Shown: positions 40,504 through 51,189, counted from the first letter of the stretch. The stretch: 64,000 nt of DNA from Rhodospirillaceae bacterium (GCA_002721365.1 PBKC01000059.1:12091-76090), one strand, 5' to 3'. Numbers and translations are program-made. The notes: generated by a model not told the origin, from the sequence alone.

Positions 40504-40674
40504 GCGACCTGCTGTGCTCCGGACGTCTGCGTCCCCAGACCTATACGGACGGCTATACCACTGGCACGGTCCCGGTCGAGGCCCCACCTTCCTACTCCCG
40601 AGAGCATGTTCGCCACAGGTCGTTACGACGGAGGCGATCCTGGTCCAGCCGATTGAATGAGCGGGAGAGGAGGA

Positions 40675-42078
40675 ATGAGCGAACAGGGAGCGACGCGCAC
40701 AGAAACCGACAGCCTGGGTGCGATCGAAGTTCCGGCCGACCACTATTGGGGAGCCCAGACCGAGCGCAGTCTGCACAACTTCCGTATCGGCGACGAGCGT
40801 ATGCCGCGTCCGCTGATCGAGGCACTGGCATTGATCAAGAGCGCCGCCGCCGAGGTCAACATGGCGTTCGGCGCGCTCGATCCGAAGGTCGGGGAGGCGA
40901 TCGTCGCTTCGGCGGACGAGATCGCCGAAGGCGGACTCGAACAAGAATTCCCGCTGGTCGTCTGGCAGACCGGCTCGGGCACCCAGACCAACATGAACCT
41001 GAACGAGGTCATCGCCAACCGCGCCAATGAACGGCTGGGCGGTCAGCGCGGCAGCAAGTCACCGGTCCATCCCAACGACCACGTCAACATGGGGCAGTCG
41101 TCGAACGACACCTTCCCGACCGGAATGCATGTCGCGGCCGCACTGGAAATTCATCACCGCCTGCTGCCGGGTCTCCAAGTCCTCCGCGATGCGCTCGCCG
41201 CCAAGGCCGGCGCCTTCCGCGACATCGTCAAGATCGGCCGCACTCATACCCAGGACGCGACCCCGCTCACCCTCGGCCAGGAATTCTCGGGCTACGCCAT
41301 GCAGATCGAGCTCGGCATCGGCCGGGTCGAGCGGGCCCTGCCCAGTCTCTACGCCCTCGCCCAGGGCGGAACCGCCGTCGGCACCGGGCTCAACGCCCAT
41401 CCGGAGTTCGCGGAACGGATCGCAGCGACGATTGCCGCGCGCACCGGCCTGCCTTTCGTCACCGCCGCGAACAAGTTCGAAGCCCTGGCCGCCAACGACG
41501 CGGTGGTCGAGATGTCGGGGGCGCTCAACGTCCTGGCGGCGAGCGTCATGAAGATCGGTAACGACATCCGCCTTTTGGGATCGGGGCCCCGCTCCGGGCT
41601 CGGGGAGCTGATCCTGCCTGCCAACGAGCCGGGATCGTCGATCATGCCGGGCAAAGTGAACCCGACGCAGTGTGAAGCGTTAACTATGGTCGCTTGCCAA
41701 GTCATCGGCAATCACGCGGCCATCACTGTCGCCGGATCGAACGGACACTTCGAGCTGAATGTTTATAAGCCGGTCATGATTTACAACCTGCTGCAATCCA
41801 TCGCCTTGCTCGGAGACGCGGCCCGCAGTTTCGCGGACAACTGCGTTGCGGGCATTCAGGCGAACGAGCCCCGAATCGCGCATCTGGTCGAGAACTCGCT
41901 GATGCTGGTTACGGCCCTCAACAGGCATATCGGCTACGACAACGCGGCGAAGATCGCCAAGAAAGCCTATGCCGAGGGTACCAGCCTCAAGGAAGCCGCT
42001 CTGGCGCTGGGTTTGGTGTCGGACGCGGACTTCGATGCATGGGTGCAGCCTTCAGCAATGACGCAGCCCTCCCATTGA
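40675..42078 (+). CDS. fumC: Fumarate hydratase class II
   Basis: [35 protein letters not shown]. Confidence 0.97.
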   Translation: MSEQGATRTETDSLGAIEVPADHYWGAQTERSLHNFRIGDERMPRPLIEALALIKSAAAEVNMAFGALDPKVGEAIVASADEIAEGGLEQEFPLVVWQTGSGTQTNMNLNEVIANRANERLGGQRGSKSPVHPNDHVNMGQSSNDTFPTGMHVAAALEIHHRLLPGLQVLRDALAAKAGAFRDIVKIGRTHTQDATPLTLGQEFSGYAMQIELGIGRVERALPSLYALAQGGTAVGTGLNAHPEFAERIAATIAARTGLPFVTAANKFEALAANDAVVEMSGALNVLAASVMKIGNDIRLLGSGPRSGLGELILPANEPGSSIMPGKVNPTQCEALTMVACQVIGNHAAITVAGSNGHFELNVYKPVMIYNLLQSIALLGDAARSFADNCVAGIQANEPRIAHLVENSLMLVTALNRHIGYDNAAKIAKKAYAEGTSLKEAALALGLVSDADFDAWVQPSAMTQPSH

Positions 42079-42091
42079 TCGAGAAATGTTG

Positions 42092-42316
42092 ATGTCTCAG
42101 GGAATACGAAAGGTTTCGGTCGTGGTCGGCGGCCATCGCACCAGCGTTTCACTGGAGCCTGCCTTCTGGGAAGCTCTGACCGAGATCGCCATGCGGCGCG
42201 GTATCTCCGTGAACGAGCTGGTGACGGAAATCGACCGGGATCGCGAGACCAATCTGTCGAGCGCCATCCGCGTCTTCGTGCTGGGCTGTCACCGTTCCTC
42301 GACGGTGAACGGCTGA
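42092..42316 (+). CDS. Ribbon-helix-helix (RHH_4) protein
   Basis: GHRTSVSLEPAFW...NLSSAIRVFVL. Confidence 0.88.
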   Translation: MSQGIRKVSVVVGGHRTSVSLEPAFWEALTEIAMRRGISVNELVTEIDRDRETNLSSAIRVFVLGCHRSSTVNG

Positions 42317-42332
42317 AACGACGCGGCGCGGT

Positions 42333-45300
42333 CTACTCGGCAGCCGGTCTCAAGTCGAGGCGACGGAGGCAGCGGTCCAGCCACGCCGCGGTGAGCCTTT
42401 CCTGCACTCTGTTCTGGCCCAGTCGTTCCGCCAGCGCGTGGAAATCGACGCGATCCAGAAGCTGGTCCTGATTGAAGCAGGAGAACACCGGCGCCAGCGG
42501 CGCCCCGGTCTCGGGATCATGATGCGGCTGAAGGCACTGCGCACAGATCTCCTTCATCATGCACTGCATCGGTGAGTTGATGCTGCCGATGGCAATGTGA
42601 GCCGGCTTCAGATGGGCCTTGAGCACGCCGTGACGGGCCGCGCCGACGGCGGCCATCATCCGGTCCGACCCGATGGTGATGATGCGGTCGACGTCGCCTA
42701 GCGAAATCGGCGCGTCACCCAGCCGGCCTTCCGCATAAGCCAGGATCGCCTCGACGATGTTGCCGACAAGGCTGTGGTCTTGAGGACGGCTGGTCTCGAA
42801 ACCCGGCCCTTCGTCGCAGCACCAGACGATCAGGTCGGACGCCGCCTCGATCTCCTCGACCTTGTAGCGGTCTTCCATCCGCTTGTAGCCGGCGAAGTAG
42901 ATCACCCGTGACCCGGCCTCCCGGAGCGCGCGGCCGATCGAGAACAGAACCGCATTGCCGAGTCCGCCACCGACCAGCATCACGGTCTCGCCGGACGGTG
43001 TCTCGGTCGGCGTACCGGTCGGCCCCATCAGCACCACCGGCTCACCGGGCCGGAGGCTCGCGCAAAGGTCGGACGAACCGCCCATCTCCAGCGCGATCAC
43101 CGAGACCAGCCCTTCATCGCGGTCGACCCAGGCGCCGGTCATCGCCAATCCCTCCATGGCCAGCGTCGTGCCCTCGACCGACCGGCTGCGCGCCTCGAAG
43201 TTCTGCAGGCGGAAGAACTGGCCGGGCTCGAACGCTTCCGCGGCGAAGGGAGCGCGGACGATCACCTCGACGATGGTGGGCGTCAGCCGCTTCACCTCGA
43301 CCACCTCGGCGCGGAATCCCGCGTTGAAGCGGCGGAAGAACGCCTCCGTCGTATCCGGGCTCGCGGGCTCGACGCGCTCGAGCATCCGCGACACGACCGG
43401 ATAGCCCTGCTTGGCGCTGCCGAACGCCTTCACCACGTTTCCGGCATAGGACGGATGGAGGTCGCCGAAGAAGCTCACCGCGCGCCCGTCGTCGATGATG
43501 CTGGTCAGCACCTGGACATCGCCCGGCTTGGTGACACGCGCCGGGCTCACCGGATCGCCGTCCTCGTTGACCGCGCGGAAATAGCGGCCATCGAGCATGA
43601 TGCTCTCGGGCTCTTCGCGCTGAAGCACCGTGTTGGGCTGGGTCCCCGCCGCGATCAGCACCGACCGCGCCGGCAGGGTGACCCGATCGCCGGTTCCGCG
43701 CCAGCGACCGTCCTCGTCCACCGCCTGGCGGACCAGGGTCAGCGACTGCGCATGGCCATACGGGTCGACCTCGACCGCTTCCGGCGCCAGGCACTCGGCG
43801 AAGGCGATTCCTTCCTCCAGCGCCAGCGCGACCTCTTCGTGGTTGAGGGTGTAGCTCGGCGAATCGATCAGGCGCTTGCGGTAGGCGATAACGACCCCGC
43901 CCCAGTCCTGGACCATCTCGCGGATGCGCGGCTCCCGCCCCTCGGCGGCAGCGGCGGCGCGCTCGGCGCGGATGGCGCGGCCATGGCCGAGGAACTCGTC
44001 GGCGATGACGAGATCGTCGTTTCGCCAGCCAGCCCGTACCGTTGCCTCGCCCATTTCGGCGACCAGGGTCTCGTAGCGGTCGAGGAACTTCTCGACCTGG
44101 ACCGGGTAATAGGCCATCGCCTCGGTCGCGGTGTCGATCGCGGTCAAGCCGCCGCCGATCACCATGACCGGAAGGCGGAGCTGTAGATTGGCGATCGAAC
44201 TCTTCTTGGCGGCACCGGTGAGCTGCAGCGCCATCAGGAAATCGGACGCCATGCGGAGCCCCCGCGCCAGGGCATTGGGCATGGCGATATAGGTCGGCTT
44301 GCCGGCACCCATCGCCAGGGCGATGTGGTCGAAACCCATGTCGAAGGCACCTTCGACGGTGACCGTGCCGCCGAAACGCACACCGCCGGTCATCGCGAAC
44401 TGGCCGCGACGTTCGAGCAGCAGACGGATGATCTTCAGGAAGTTCTTGTTCCAGCGGACGGTGATGCCGTACTCGGCGACGCCCCCGAACCCGGCCATCA
44501 GGCGGTCGTCCAGGTCCTCGTAGAGCGAGGTCACGTCGCGGACGGGCATGAAGGGTACGCGGCTGCCGTCCGCCTCGACGCCGGAAATCTCCGGCGGCAG
44601 CGGCTCGATCTTCAGCCCGTCGATCGCAGCCACGGCATGGCCGTCGTTCATCAGGTGATGGGAAAGGCAGGTCCCCGCCGGGCCCAACCCGACGACCAGA
44701 ACCTTCCGGCCCGTCTCAGGCCGCGGCAGCGGCCGGCGGATATGCAGCGGATTCCAGCGGGTCAGCAGCCCGTAGATCTCGAAGCCCCAGGGGAGATCCA
44801 GAACGTCCTTCAGGATCCGGGTTTCGGCTTGCGGAATGTCGACCGGGTCCTGCTTCTGATAGATGCAGGACTTCATGCAGTCGTTGCAGATGCGGTGGCC
44901 CGTACCGGCCAGAAGCGGGTTGTCGATGCAGGCGATGGCGAGGGCGCCGAGAGCGAGACCGGCGACCTTGCTCTCGTGCATCTCGGAGATCTTCTCCTCG
45001 ACCGGGTAGCCTGCCAGGGTGACGTCGAAATAGCTCTTCCGGAAGCTGCCGTCCTTCTTGTCACGAAGGCCCTTAGAGCAGGAGTCCTTCCCCTGATGGT
45101 GACAGAAGATGCAGTAGTTGGCTTCGTCCAGCGCGCCGATGAGGTCGGTGCCCTGGTCGGTGAGGCCGAAGCCTTCCCGCCGCCTCAGGCGATGGGCGGG
45201 CAGGCGCATCATCGTCACGCCGTCCCGGACCTCGGTTTCAAGTTCGATCAGGTGCTCGAAGTCGAGCTTTTCCGGCTGATGGAACAGCACACCGTCGTCG

Positions 45301-45839
45301 AAGCGCGCCCGGCCCTCGTCACTATAGAGCGCCCAGGCGGCGAACTTCTCGGCCTCGGCGATCTTGCTCTCGGGTGCAGGATCCTCGGCAAGCCAAGCGT
45401 TCACATGGCGCGCGAAGGCGATTTCGGTCATCGGCTCGCCGAACGCCTCGACGAGAGCCGCCTCGATCTTCGCCATGTCGAATTCGGCGACCGCATCCGG
45501 CTTGTGCGCGCGGCTCGCCCGGCGCTGCACGAACAGCCGCTTGCAGCTGTAGAGCGGGCTCAGCGCGTGATGGCGCTCGGCCAGCGCGTCGCGCTCGGCA
45601 CGGATGCCGAACAGGTGCACGACGAAGTCTTCGAGATGGGGCGCTACGTCGAGGATCAGCGCCGACTCGTCTTTCATCTCCACGTCATCCGGCGCGGCGC
45701 GCGCCGCCAGCAGGCGCTGATGCACCTCGGGCGCAGCGTCCTTCAGCCAGTCGAGAAAGGTCGCGTCGAGACGGACCAGTCCGTCACGATCGTAGAGGTC
45801 GCCGAATGCGAATCCTTCGGCGAGAACGAGTTCGTTCAT
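42333..45839 (-). CDS. Large Fe-S flavoprotein: GltD/NfnB-like module fused to PyrK/NfnA-like module
   Basis: CIFC..C and HRICNDCMKSC; GLGPAG and IGGGLTAID Rossmann motifs; C-terminal PGQFFRLQ, MGPTG, GGGLG, QCMMKEICAQC. Confidence 0.9.
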   Translation of the reverse strand: MNELVLAEGFAFGDLYDRDGLVRLDATFLDWLKDAAPEVHQRLLAARAAPDDVEMKDESALILDVAPHLEDFVVHLFGIRAERDALAERHHALSPLYSCKRLFVQRRASRAHKPDAVAEFDMAKIEAALVEAFGEPMTEIAFARHVNAWLAEDPAPESKIAEAEKFAAWALYSDEGRARFDDGVLFHQPEKLDFEHLIELETEVRDGVTMMRLPAHRLRRREGFGLTDQGTDLIGALDEANYCIFCHHQGKDSCSKGLRDKKDGSFRKSYFDVTLAGYPVEEKISEMHESKVAGLALGALAIACIDNPLLAGTGHRICNDCMKSCIYQKQDPVDIPQAETRILKDVLDLPWGFEIYGLLTRWNPLHIRRPLPRPETGRKVLVVGLGPAGTCLSHHLMNDGHAVAAIDGLKIEPLPPEISGVEADGSRVPFMPVRDVTSLYEDLDDRLMAGFGGVAEYGITVRWNKNFLKIIRLLLERRGQFAMTGGVRFGGTVTVEGAFDMGFDHIALAMGAGKPTYIAMPNALARGLRMASDFLMALQLTGAAKKSSIANLQLRLPVMVIGGGLTAIDTATEAMAYYPVQVEKFLDRYETLVAEMGEATVRAGWRNDDLVIADEFLGHGRAIRAERAAAAAEGREPRIREMVQDWGGVVIAYRKRLIDSPSYTLNHEEVALALEEGIAFAECLAPEAVEVDPYGHAQSLTLVRQAVDEDGRWRGTGDRVTLPARSVLIAAGTQPNTVLQREEPESIMLDGRYFRAVNEDGDPVSPARVTKPGDVQVLTSIIDDGRAVSFFGDLHPSYAGNVVKAFGSAKQGYPVVSRMLERVEPASPDTTEAFFRRFNAGFRAEVVEVKRLTPTIVEVIVRAPFAAEAFEPGQFFRLQNFEARSRSVEGTTLAMEGLAMTGAWVDRDEGLVSVIALEMGGSSDLCASLRPGEPVVLMGPTGTPTETPSGETVMLVGGGLGNAVLFSIGRALREAGSRVIYFAGYKRMEDRYKVEEIEAASDLIVWCCDEGPGFETSRPQDHSLVGNIVEAILAYAEGRLGDAPISLGDVDRIITIGSDRMMAAVGAARHGVLKAHLKPAHIAIGSINSPMQCMMKEICAQCLQPHHDPETGAPLAPVFSCFNQDQLLDRVDFHALAERLGQNRVQERLTAAWLDRCLRRLDLRPAAE

Positions 45840-46004
45840 GAGCTAGGCTAATCGCAGAATCGTGAAATCGCGGGGTTATCCCCAGGGCGGCAGGTTTAGA
45901 CCAGCCAGCCCCGGAAATCGAACACTAATCGCCCGCCCCGGCCATGCGCCGGAAGCCGGGACCCGCGCATGGAATGTCGCGTGCGCGATACGACGGTCCG
46001 GACG

Positions 46005-46352
46005 CTAACGCTGCACCCAGGCTCCGGCAGCGTTCATCACCCATTCGCCCTTCCCGGCCCCGGCGATCAGCTTCGAGCCGGCCACCGCTTCGACCTTGCT
46101 GAGGTCCTGGCCCGTCTGGCTGGCGATCTTCTGATAGGCGATGCGGCGCTTGGCGTTGACGTCCTCGACGATCGAGACGACCGACGCCGGCACCTTGTCC
46201 GTGACATAGCCCAGATAGCCGTCCAGACGTTCGCCGACGGCACCGGAGGCCTTGGCGTCACGCGCCGAGTCGGCCCAACTCGTCCCGGTGAAGGAGATCG
46301 CCCCGGCAAGCAGCGTGAGGACGAAGGCGATCCGAAGGATGATCCGGCTCAT
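46005..46352 (-). CDS. ydbL: YdbL family (DUF1318)
   Basis: AKASGAVGERLDGYLG, NAKRRIAYQKIA. Confidence 0.88.
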   Translation of the reverse strand: MSRIILRIAFVLTLLAGAISFTGTSWADSARDAKASGAVGERLDGYLGYVTDKVPASVVSIVEDVNAKRRIAYQKIASQTGQDLSKVEAVAGSKLIAGAGKGEWVMNAAGAWVQR

Positions 46353-46370
46353 CTGGGTTAACCCGCTGGT

Positions 46371-46595
46371 CTACTGGAACAATTCTGGATTTTCGGCGAA
46401 CGCGTCCTCAAGTTCGCGCTCGATCTTCACCCGGACTTCCTGCTCGATCTTCACATTGAGATTGATGACGATCGGCTTGTCCGGCGCCTCGACCTTGACG
46501 GTCGGCTGGCAAGCAAGCAACAGCAGGGAGAGCGCACCGACGGCCCCCAGGCCGAAAACCGGATTACCGGCTCTCCAACTCCTGGATCCGTTCAC
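46371..46595 (-). CDS. ynbE: YnbE family lipoprotein
   Basis: LLACQPTVKVEAPDKPIVINLNVKIEQEVRVK; start uncertain. Confidence 0.88.
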   Translation of the reverse strand: MNGSRSWRAGNPVFGLGAVGALSLLLLACQPTVKVEAPDKPIVINLNVKIEQEVRVKIERELEDAFAENPELFQ

Positions 46596-49500
46596 GGACC
46601 GCGTCGGGGACGCGGAAAGTCTCGAGGCTTCTACGGAAGATTTCATCCAAGCGGCCGGACACTGACAGGTTCAACTCGAACGGCGTACCGCCGTACAAAT
46701 CTGGGTTCTTCCCGTCGATATGCAAGGCGATTTCGATCTGATCGCCACTCTGGCCATCCAGATCGATGCGGATCGAATCATAGGCGAAATTCTCCACCGC
46801 TTGAAGGAACAACCCCAATCCCTGGTTGCTGGCGACGAAATCGCCTGAGAACGCCTCGGATTTGTAACGCAGGATTCCAGGTCCTGCCGTCTCCAGCCGG
46901 CCCTCGATCACCTGGAAGCCACCGTTGCGGAAGCTCATCGGCACCTTGCCGTTCAGGGTGCCGGTCGCTTCGATGTTGTCACCTTCGGGCGTGAGGTTCA
47001 GGAGTGCCTCCAGGCCGATATTTTCGAGCGACAGGGTGAAGTCCTCGATCTGGCCATCTTGAGTGATGCGGATCGGTGTGGAGGACACGGTGCCGCCGGC
47101 CCACTTCCATTCGGTTTCGGTGATGTAGGGCAGACCGTCCCGCATCCCGCCGACGATCGCACCGTTGGTCAGCGGCAGCCCGGCGGTGACGCCGGCGACC
47201 GAGATCACCTGATCCGGCAGGGTCGACGGTGGTGTCAGGCCGTCGAACGTAACGACCCCGTTCACGCCCTCGATGGCGATATCACCGGCGAGGGTGCTGA
47301 AGTCCTCGATCTTGAGCTCGATGTCGCTGTCGATGCCGCCCGGCCCCCAGGACACGCCGCCGCCGGCGCTGACGACGCCGTTTGTCGTGCTCATGTGCCG
47401 CGAGGCGATCGGAAAGACCGTCACCGGCTGCAGCCCGCCATCGGCGACGAACGTCAGCGGGTAGAGCGTTATATCGCCCGTCCCCGTCCCCCGGCTCAGG
47501 TCATGTGTCCCCTTGGCGTCGACCACGAGGGCGCCGCTCTTGTCTTCCGCCCGCACATCGAAGGTAAGCGAATCACCGGCGAGCCGCGTTTTTGCCGTCA
47601 CCGCCACCGGTGCGACGATCGGCGGCGGCCGTGTCTGGCGAAGCTGAGCGATCGTCAGGACGCCGTCGATGGCGGAACGATCGACCGTCATGTCGAGATC
47701 GATACCGCTTCCGGCGACCTGGACAGTCGGCATCGCCAATGCTCCGCCTTTCACGCTCACGGTTGCATCATATCGCAGATCGGCCCCGTCACCGGGCAGC
47801 GCGCCGGTCGCGGACAGGCTGACGCCCGGGATCGACAGGGTGAAAGGTATCGCCTCGCCGGCTTCCGTCGGCCGGACCGCCCCCGTCACGTCCGAGGGCC
47901 GTAGAACCAGCCCGCCCCGGATCGTCGTTCCCGCCTCGCCGCGCGTTACCGCAACCAGTGGCCCATCGGCCGCTGCCGCCGTAACCGCGAATGGCTCGAC
48001 CCGGACCGCTCCCCCGATCGAACCGCCGCCCGTCATGACCTTCGTGTCCTTGCCGAGCTGCAGGCGGAGAGTGGAGTCGGCATAGGCGATTCCTCCGGAC
48101 AGGATGGCCTGCACCGCATCGAAAGCGCCGCCTTCGCCGAGCGCGAGATCGCCGCCGCCCGCAACCGACCAGATCCCCTCCAGGGCATCCGAGTCACCAC
48201 TCACGACAATGCGCGCCTGATCCAGCCTCAGCCCCTGAAAGGCGTCATCGTATCCGGACAGGGAAAACGCAGCCCGTTCGACTTGCCACGCGGAAATCTT
48301 TCCATCGTCGGGATCAATGGCGGCGCTGCCACGCACCGATCCGGCCAGAGTGACGCCGTCGGTCGTGCTGACGCGCCATAGATTGTCGAGTTCCGCTTCC
48401 ACCGGCCCCTCCCCGCTTTCCCGCAAGATGAGCAGAGGGTTGGGACCAGGGGCGAGGTCGAAGACGATCTCATTTTCCAGCCGCCGTGCGATACGCGGCG
48501 GCAACGTGTAGCCGAACGAGGCGACATCCACGCCCTCCGTGGCGAGGCTGACCCCCGATCGGGTTTCGACGGTCAGCACCGATCGAGCGAGCGACAGGTG
48601 AAGGTCGCCATGCCCCGTCGCCCGTTCGAGAAGCGGTGCCACCCCGATGTCGGGAAGGTCGAAGTCGAGAGCGCCATCCGCCGTCACCCGGTCGATCCAT
48701 GTCGCGGGATTGGCGGGATCGATCGTCAATGGATCACGCACCCGGCCTTTCGCCGTCATCGCGAAGGCGAGCGGGCGCTCACCGAACGTGACCGGACCTT
48801 TCGGAACTTCCGGCATGGTGGCGATCGAAAACCCCGAGACCTTGCTGGTGACCGCGAAGGAGACGTCGTCCTCCGCCCAGTTGTCGGCCTTCGCTGTCAG
48901 GACGATCCGCGATCTGCCGTCGTCGCCCGGCAGGGTCAGGCCGGCCTGTGCGGAAGTCCCGTCGACGGACGCCGTCAATTGCGCGCCGGCGAACCCGCCG
49001 AGGGGAGATGACATCCGCCGCGCCGAGAGCTGCAATTCGACGGACGGTATCGATCCTTGCGCGGTCGCCAGTGTCGCAGCGCCCGACAGGCCGGCGACCT
49101 GACCGTAGGGGGTCGCGACCTTTCCGTCGTCGAGTTGAGCGGCGACACTGACGGCGCCGGTCGCGGGATCGATGTCCGCATTAGCCCGGAGCGCCAGTCG
49201 GGCCGCTCCCGTCTCCGCCGATGCCTTGATCATCGCCAGCACCCGGCTGGCGGACTCGACCGATATCTCGGCCGACAGAGGCATCGTGACGGGTCCGCCG
49301 GGCAAGCCGGTCACGGTCGCCACCGCATCATCGAGAACCACGTCGCTTCCGATCAGCATGGCGGGGATCTCGGGCGGTGCCCCGCCGCTGCCTTGCCCGG
49401 TGAACCCCTCGAGCGGCGCGAAATCGAACCGGCCGTCTTTCCATGCGGCCGTGATCCGGGCGCCATGCACGGTTATCCGGCGAATCTTCAGATCCGGAAG

Positions 49501-49758
49501 GTCGCGCAGCGAATAGTCGACGTCGATACCGTCGACGCGGACCGAGTCCTCGTTAAGCGCGACCTTGGCGACGGACACATGGTCGAGCGATATCGACTCG
49601 ACGGTCAACGCGGTCACCTGGACACCGGCGGCACTCAGTTCGCGAAGGGCAATACGCTCGGCGATCCACGGCAACGCCCGCCACAGTCCGACCGCAGCCA
49701 CGGCGAGGGCCGCGAGCCCCCCGCTCCACAGCAAAGCACGGCGGAGAGAGCGATTCAT
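46564..49758 (-). CDS. ydbH: YdbH (AsmA-like intermembrane lipid-bridge) protein
   Basis: N-terminal membrane anchor, beta-rich repeats, C-terminal G.L.G..P..F and G.NPDLYGG.P.ELNL; in an operon with ynbE and ydbL. Confidence 0.88.
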   Translation of the reverse strand: MNRSLRRALLWSGGLAALAVAAVGLWRALPWIAERIALRELSAAGVQVTALTVESISLDHVSVAKVALNEDSVRVDGIDVDYSLRDLPDLKIRRITVHGARITAAWKDGRFDFAPLEGFTGQGSGGAPPEIPAMLIGSDVVLDDAVATVTGLPGGPVTMPLSAEISVESASRVLAMIKASAETGAARLALRANADIDPATGAVSVAAQLDDGKVATPYGQVAGLSGAATLATAQGSIPSVELQLSARRMSSPLGGFAGAQLTASVDGTSAQAGLTLPGDDGRSRIVLTAKADNWAEDDVSFAVTSKVSGFSIATMPEVPKGPVTFGERPLAFAMTAKGRVRDPLTIDPANPATWIDRVTADGALDFDLPDIGVAPLLERATGHGDLHLSLARSVLTVETRSGVSLATEGVDVASFGYTLPPRIARRLENEIVFDLAPGPNPLLILRESGEGPVEAELDNLWRVSTTDGVTLAGSVRGSAAIDPDDGKISAWQVERAAFSLSGYDDAFQGLRLDQARIVVSGDSDALEGIWSVAGGGDLALGEGGAFDAVQAILSGGIAYADSTLRLQLGKDTKVMTGGGSIGGAVRVEPFAVTAAAADGPLVAVTRGEAGTTIRGGLVLRPSDVTGAVRPTEAGEAIPFTLSIPGVSLSATGALPGDGADLRYDATVSVKGGALAMPTVQVAGSGIDLDMTVDRSAIDGVLTIAQLRQTRPPPIVAPVAVTAKTRLAGDSLTFDVRAEDKSGALVVDAKGTHDLSRGTGTGDITLYPLTFVADGGLQPVTVFPIASRHMSTTNGVVSAGGGVSWGPGGIDSDIELKIEDFSTLAGDIAIEGVNGVVTFDGLTPPSTLPDQVISVAGVTAGLPLTNGAIVGGMRDGLPYITETEWKWAGGTVSSTPIRITQDGQIEDFTLSLENIGLEALLNLTPEGDNIEATGTLNGKVPMSFRNGGFQVIEGRLETAGPGILRYKSEAFSGDFVASNQGLGLFLQAVENFAYDSIRIDLDGQSGDQIEIALHIDGKNPDLYGGTPFELNLSVSGRLDEIFRRSLETFRVPDAVRERIQELESR

Positions 49759-49906
49759 GGGCGGCGGAGAAACACCGTTTCGGCGCGGCCGCGATCACTG
49801 AAAAGCCCCTGCCGGAACGAAACACGTACGTTCATCTTGTCGCCTTTCGACAGCTTCGGTATTTAGGACCGAACTGCCACGGAGACCAACTGCCCAGGGG
49901 GATGAG

Positions 49907-50035
49907 ATGAGCTACGATCCAGAAAGCTATCGCGAAGATCATCGGCGCATGTACGGCGCGTTCATGCGTGCAACGACCTGGGGAACCGGCGCCGTGATCG
50001 CCGTGGTCGTCTTGATGGCGATCTTCCTGCTGTAA
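49907..50035 (+). CDS. aa3-type cytochrome c oxidase subunit IV (42 aa)
   Basis: MSYDPESYREDHRRMYGAFMRATTWGTGAVIAVVVLMAIFLL: H..xY..F motif plus one TM helix. Missing from the ORF track. Confidence 0.8.
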   Translation: MSYDPESYREDHRRMYGAFMRATTWGTGAVIAVVVLMAIFLL

Positions 50036-50171
50036 ACACCGGACCTCTTCCCGAGTCGAAGCGGGAGCCGCGGCCGTCGTTCACCAGCCCGACCTGCCAC
50101 TGCAGCGGCCTTCGAACGAGGTCGTACCGGTACGGCCGGCAGAAGCGTCGGCCGATTGGCTGGCGCGCGGT

Positions 50172-50561
50172 GTGTGTCGAACGCTTCGCGGATTGGGTTA
50201 TCGGACTCTGACCGAGATGCGGCTGGCCTCCGGCCGCCGCGTCGACGTCGTCGGGCTGGACCGCAGGGGCCGTTTCACGGTCGTCGAAATCAAGACGTCA
50301 CTCGCCGATCTGCGGGCAGACCGCAAATGGAGCGAGTATCTGCCGTTCTGCGATTCGTTCTTTTTCGGGGTCCCGAGCGACTTCCCTTTCACCCGGCTTC
50401 CGACGGATTCCGGCGTGATCGTGGCCGACCGGTTCGGCGGCGAGGTCCTGCGCCACGGCGAGACCAAGCCGATGACGGCGGTCACCCGCCAGCGCCAGAC
50501 CCTGCTGTTCGCACTGAAGGCAAGCGGCCGGCTATACCGCTTTCACGACCCGGATGTATGA
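50172..50561 (+). CDS. mmcB: MmcB family DNA repair endonuclease
   Basis: E..L.SGRRVD, VEIKTS.AD...D.KW.EY..FCD; the true start is probably slightly upstream. Confidence 0.88.
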   Translation: MCRTLRGLGYRTLTEMRLASGRRVDVVGLDRRGRFTVVEIKTSLADLRADRKWSEYLPFCDSFFFGVPSDFPFTRLPTDSGVIVADRFGGEVLRHGETKPMTAVTRQRQTLLFALKASGRLYRFHDPDV

Positions 50562-50608
50562 TCGCGCGATGCGCGCGGCGGCGGGCAGCGCCAGATAGGG
50601 GCAAGCTT

Positions 50609-50806
50609 ATGTGCAGAAACGTGATGATCCGGCGCGGCGTCGGTGCCGCTTTGCTGATTGCCGCCGGGTTCGGGCTGGCCGGATGTCAGGACCAGCGCAA
50701 CGAATTCAATCCCGTGCGCTTCCTCTGCCCTGGCGACTTCGATTCGAAGACCAACACCTGCAATATCCCGACCGGCAGTCGGGAAAAGCCCGAATCAGCG
50801 CAGTAG
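50609..50806 (+). CDS. Small lipoprotein
   Basis: Lipobox LAGC and a Cys pair (FLCPGD...TCN). Confidence 0.65.
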   Translation: MCRNVMIRRGVGAALLIAAGFGLAGCQDQRNEFNPVRFLCPGDFDSKTNTCNIPTGSREKPESAQ

Positions 50807-50839
50807 CCCGCTGTCCGCCACATCGGTGGCGGCGCCCGA

Positions 50840-51040
50840 TCACTCTTCGGACAGGCCGTCGAGGTGCGACCGTGTCGCCTCGAACAGGACCTTGGCGAGG
50901 GCAGTCGACTTCTTGTGCAGTTCGACGAAATTGTCGTCCTTGCTGGTCAGGTCGACAATCTTCACCGCCGCCTGATAGCACTCTTTCTTGATGTGCGCGC
51001 TGATGTCGACTTGGAACGGTGGGTTGATTTCGTCTGCCAT
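50840..51040 (-). CDS. Small hypothetical protein (66 aa)
   Basis: SD-like GGGGA before ATG; helical, non-shadow composition. Confidence 0.65.
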   Translation of the reverse strand: MADEINPPFQVDISAHIKKECYQAAVKIVDLTSKDDNFVELHKKSTALAKVLFEATRSHLDGLSEE

Positions 51041-51189
51041 AGCGTCCCCATCGCTTTGCCGTCTCGCCGTGCCTGACCGCCTGCCCCCGCCAAGCTGGCT
51101 CACGCTCAGTTTCTCCGTTAACGTAACAGAGTTGCGTGCGCAAAACGACGGCTGGAAACGGCAGCACCAAGGTCGGACGAACGAGTAGC

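Noticed and set aside
40417-40674. ORFs or a riboswitch between the amidohydrolase and fumC
   Set aside because: Contains a clear terminator; the frames are not protein-like and no known riboswitch motif was recognised.
50036-50171. LexA (GTTC-N7-GTTC) box upstream of mmcB
   Set aside because: Only single half-sites are present; no correctly spaced pair.
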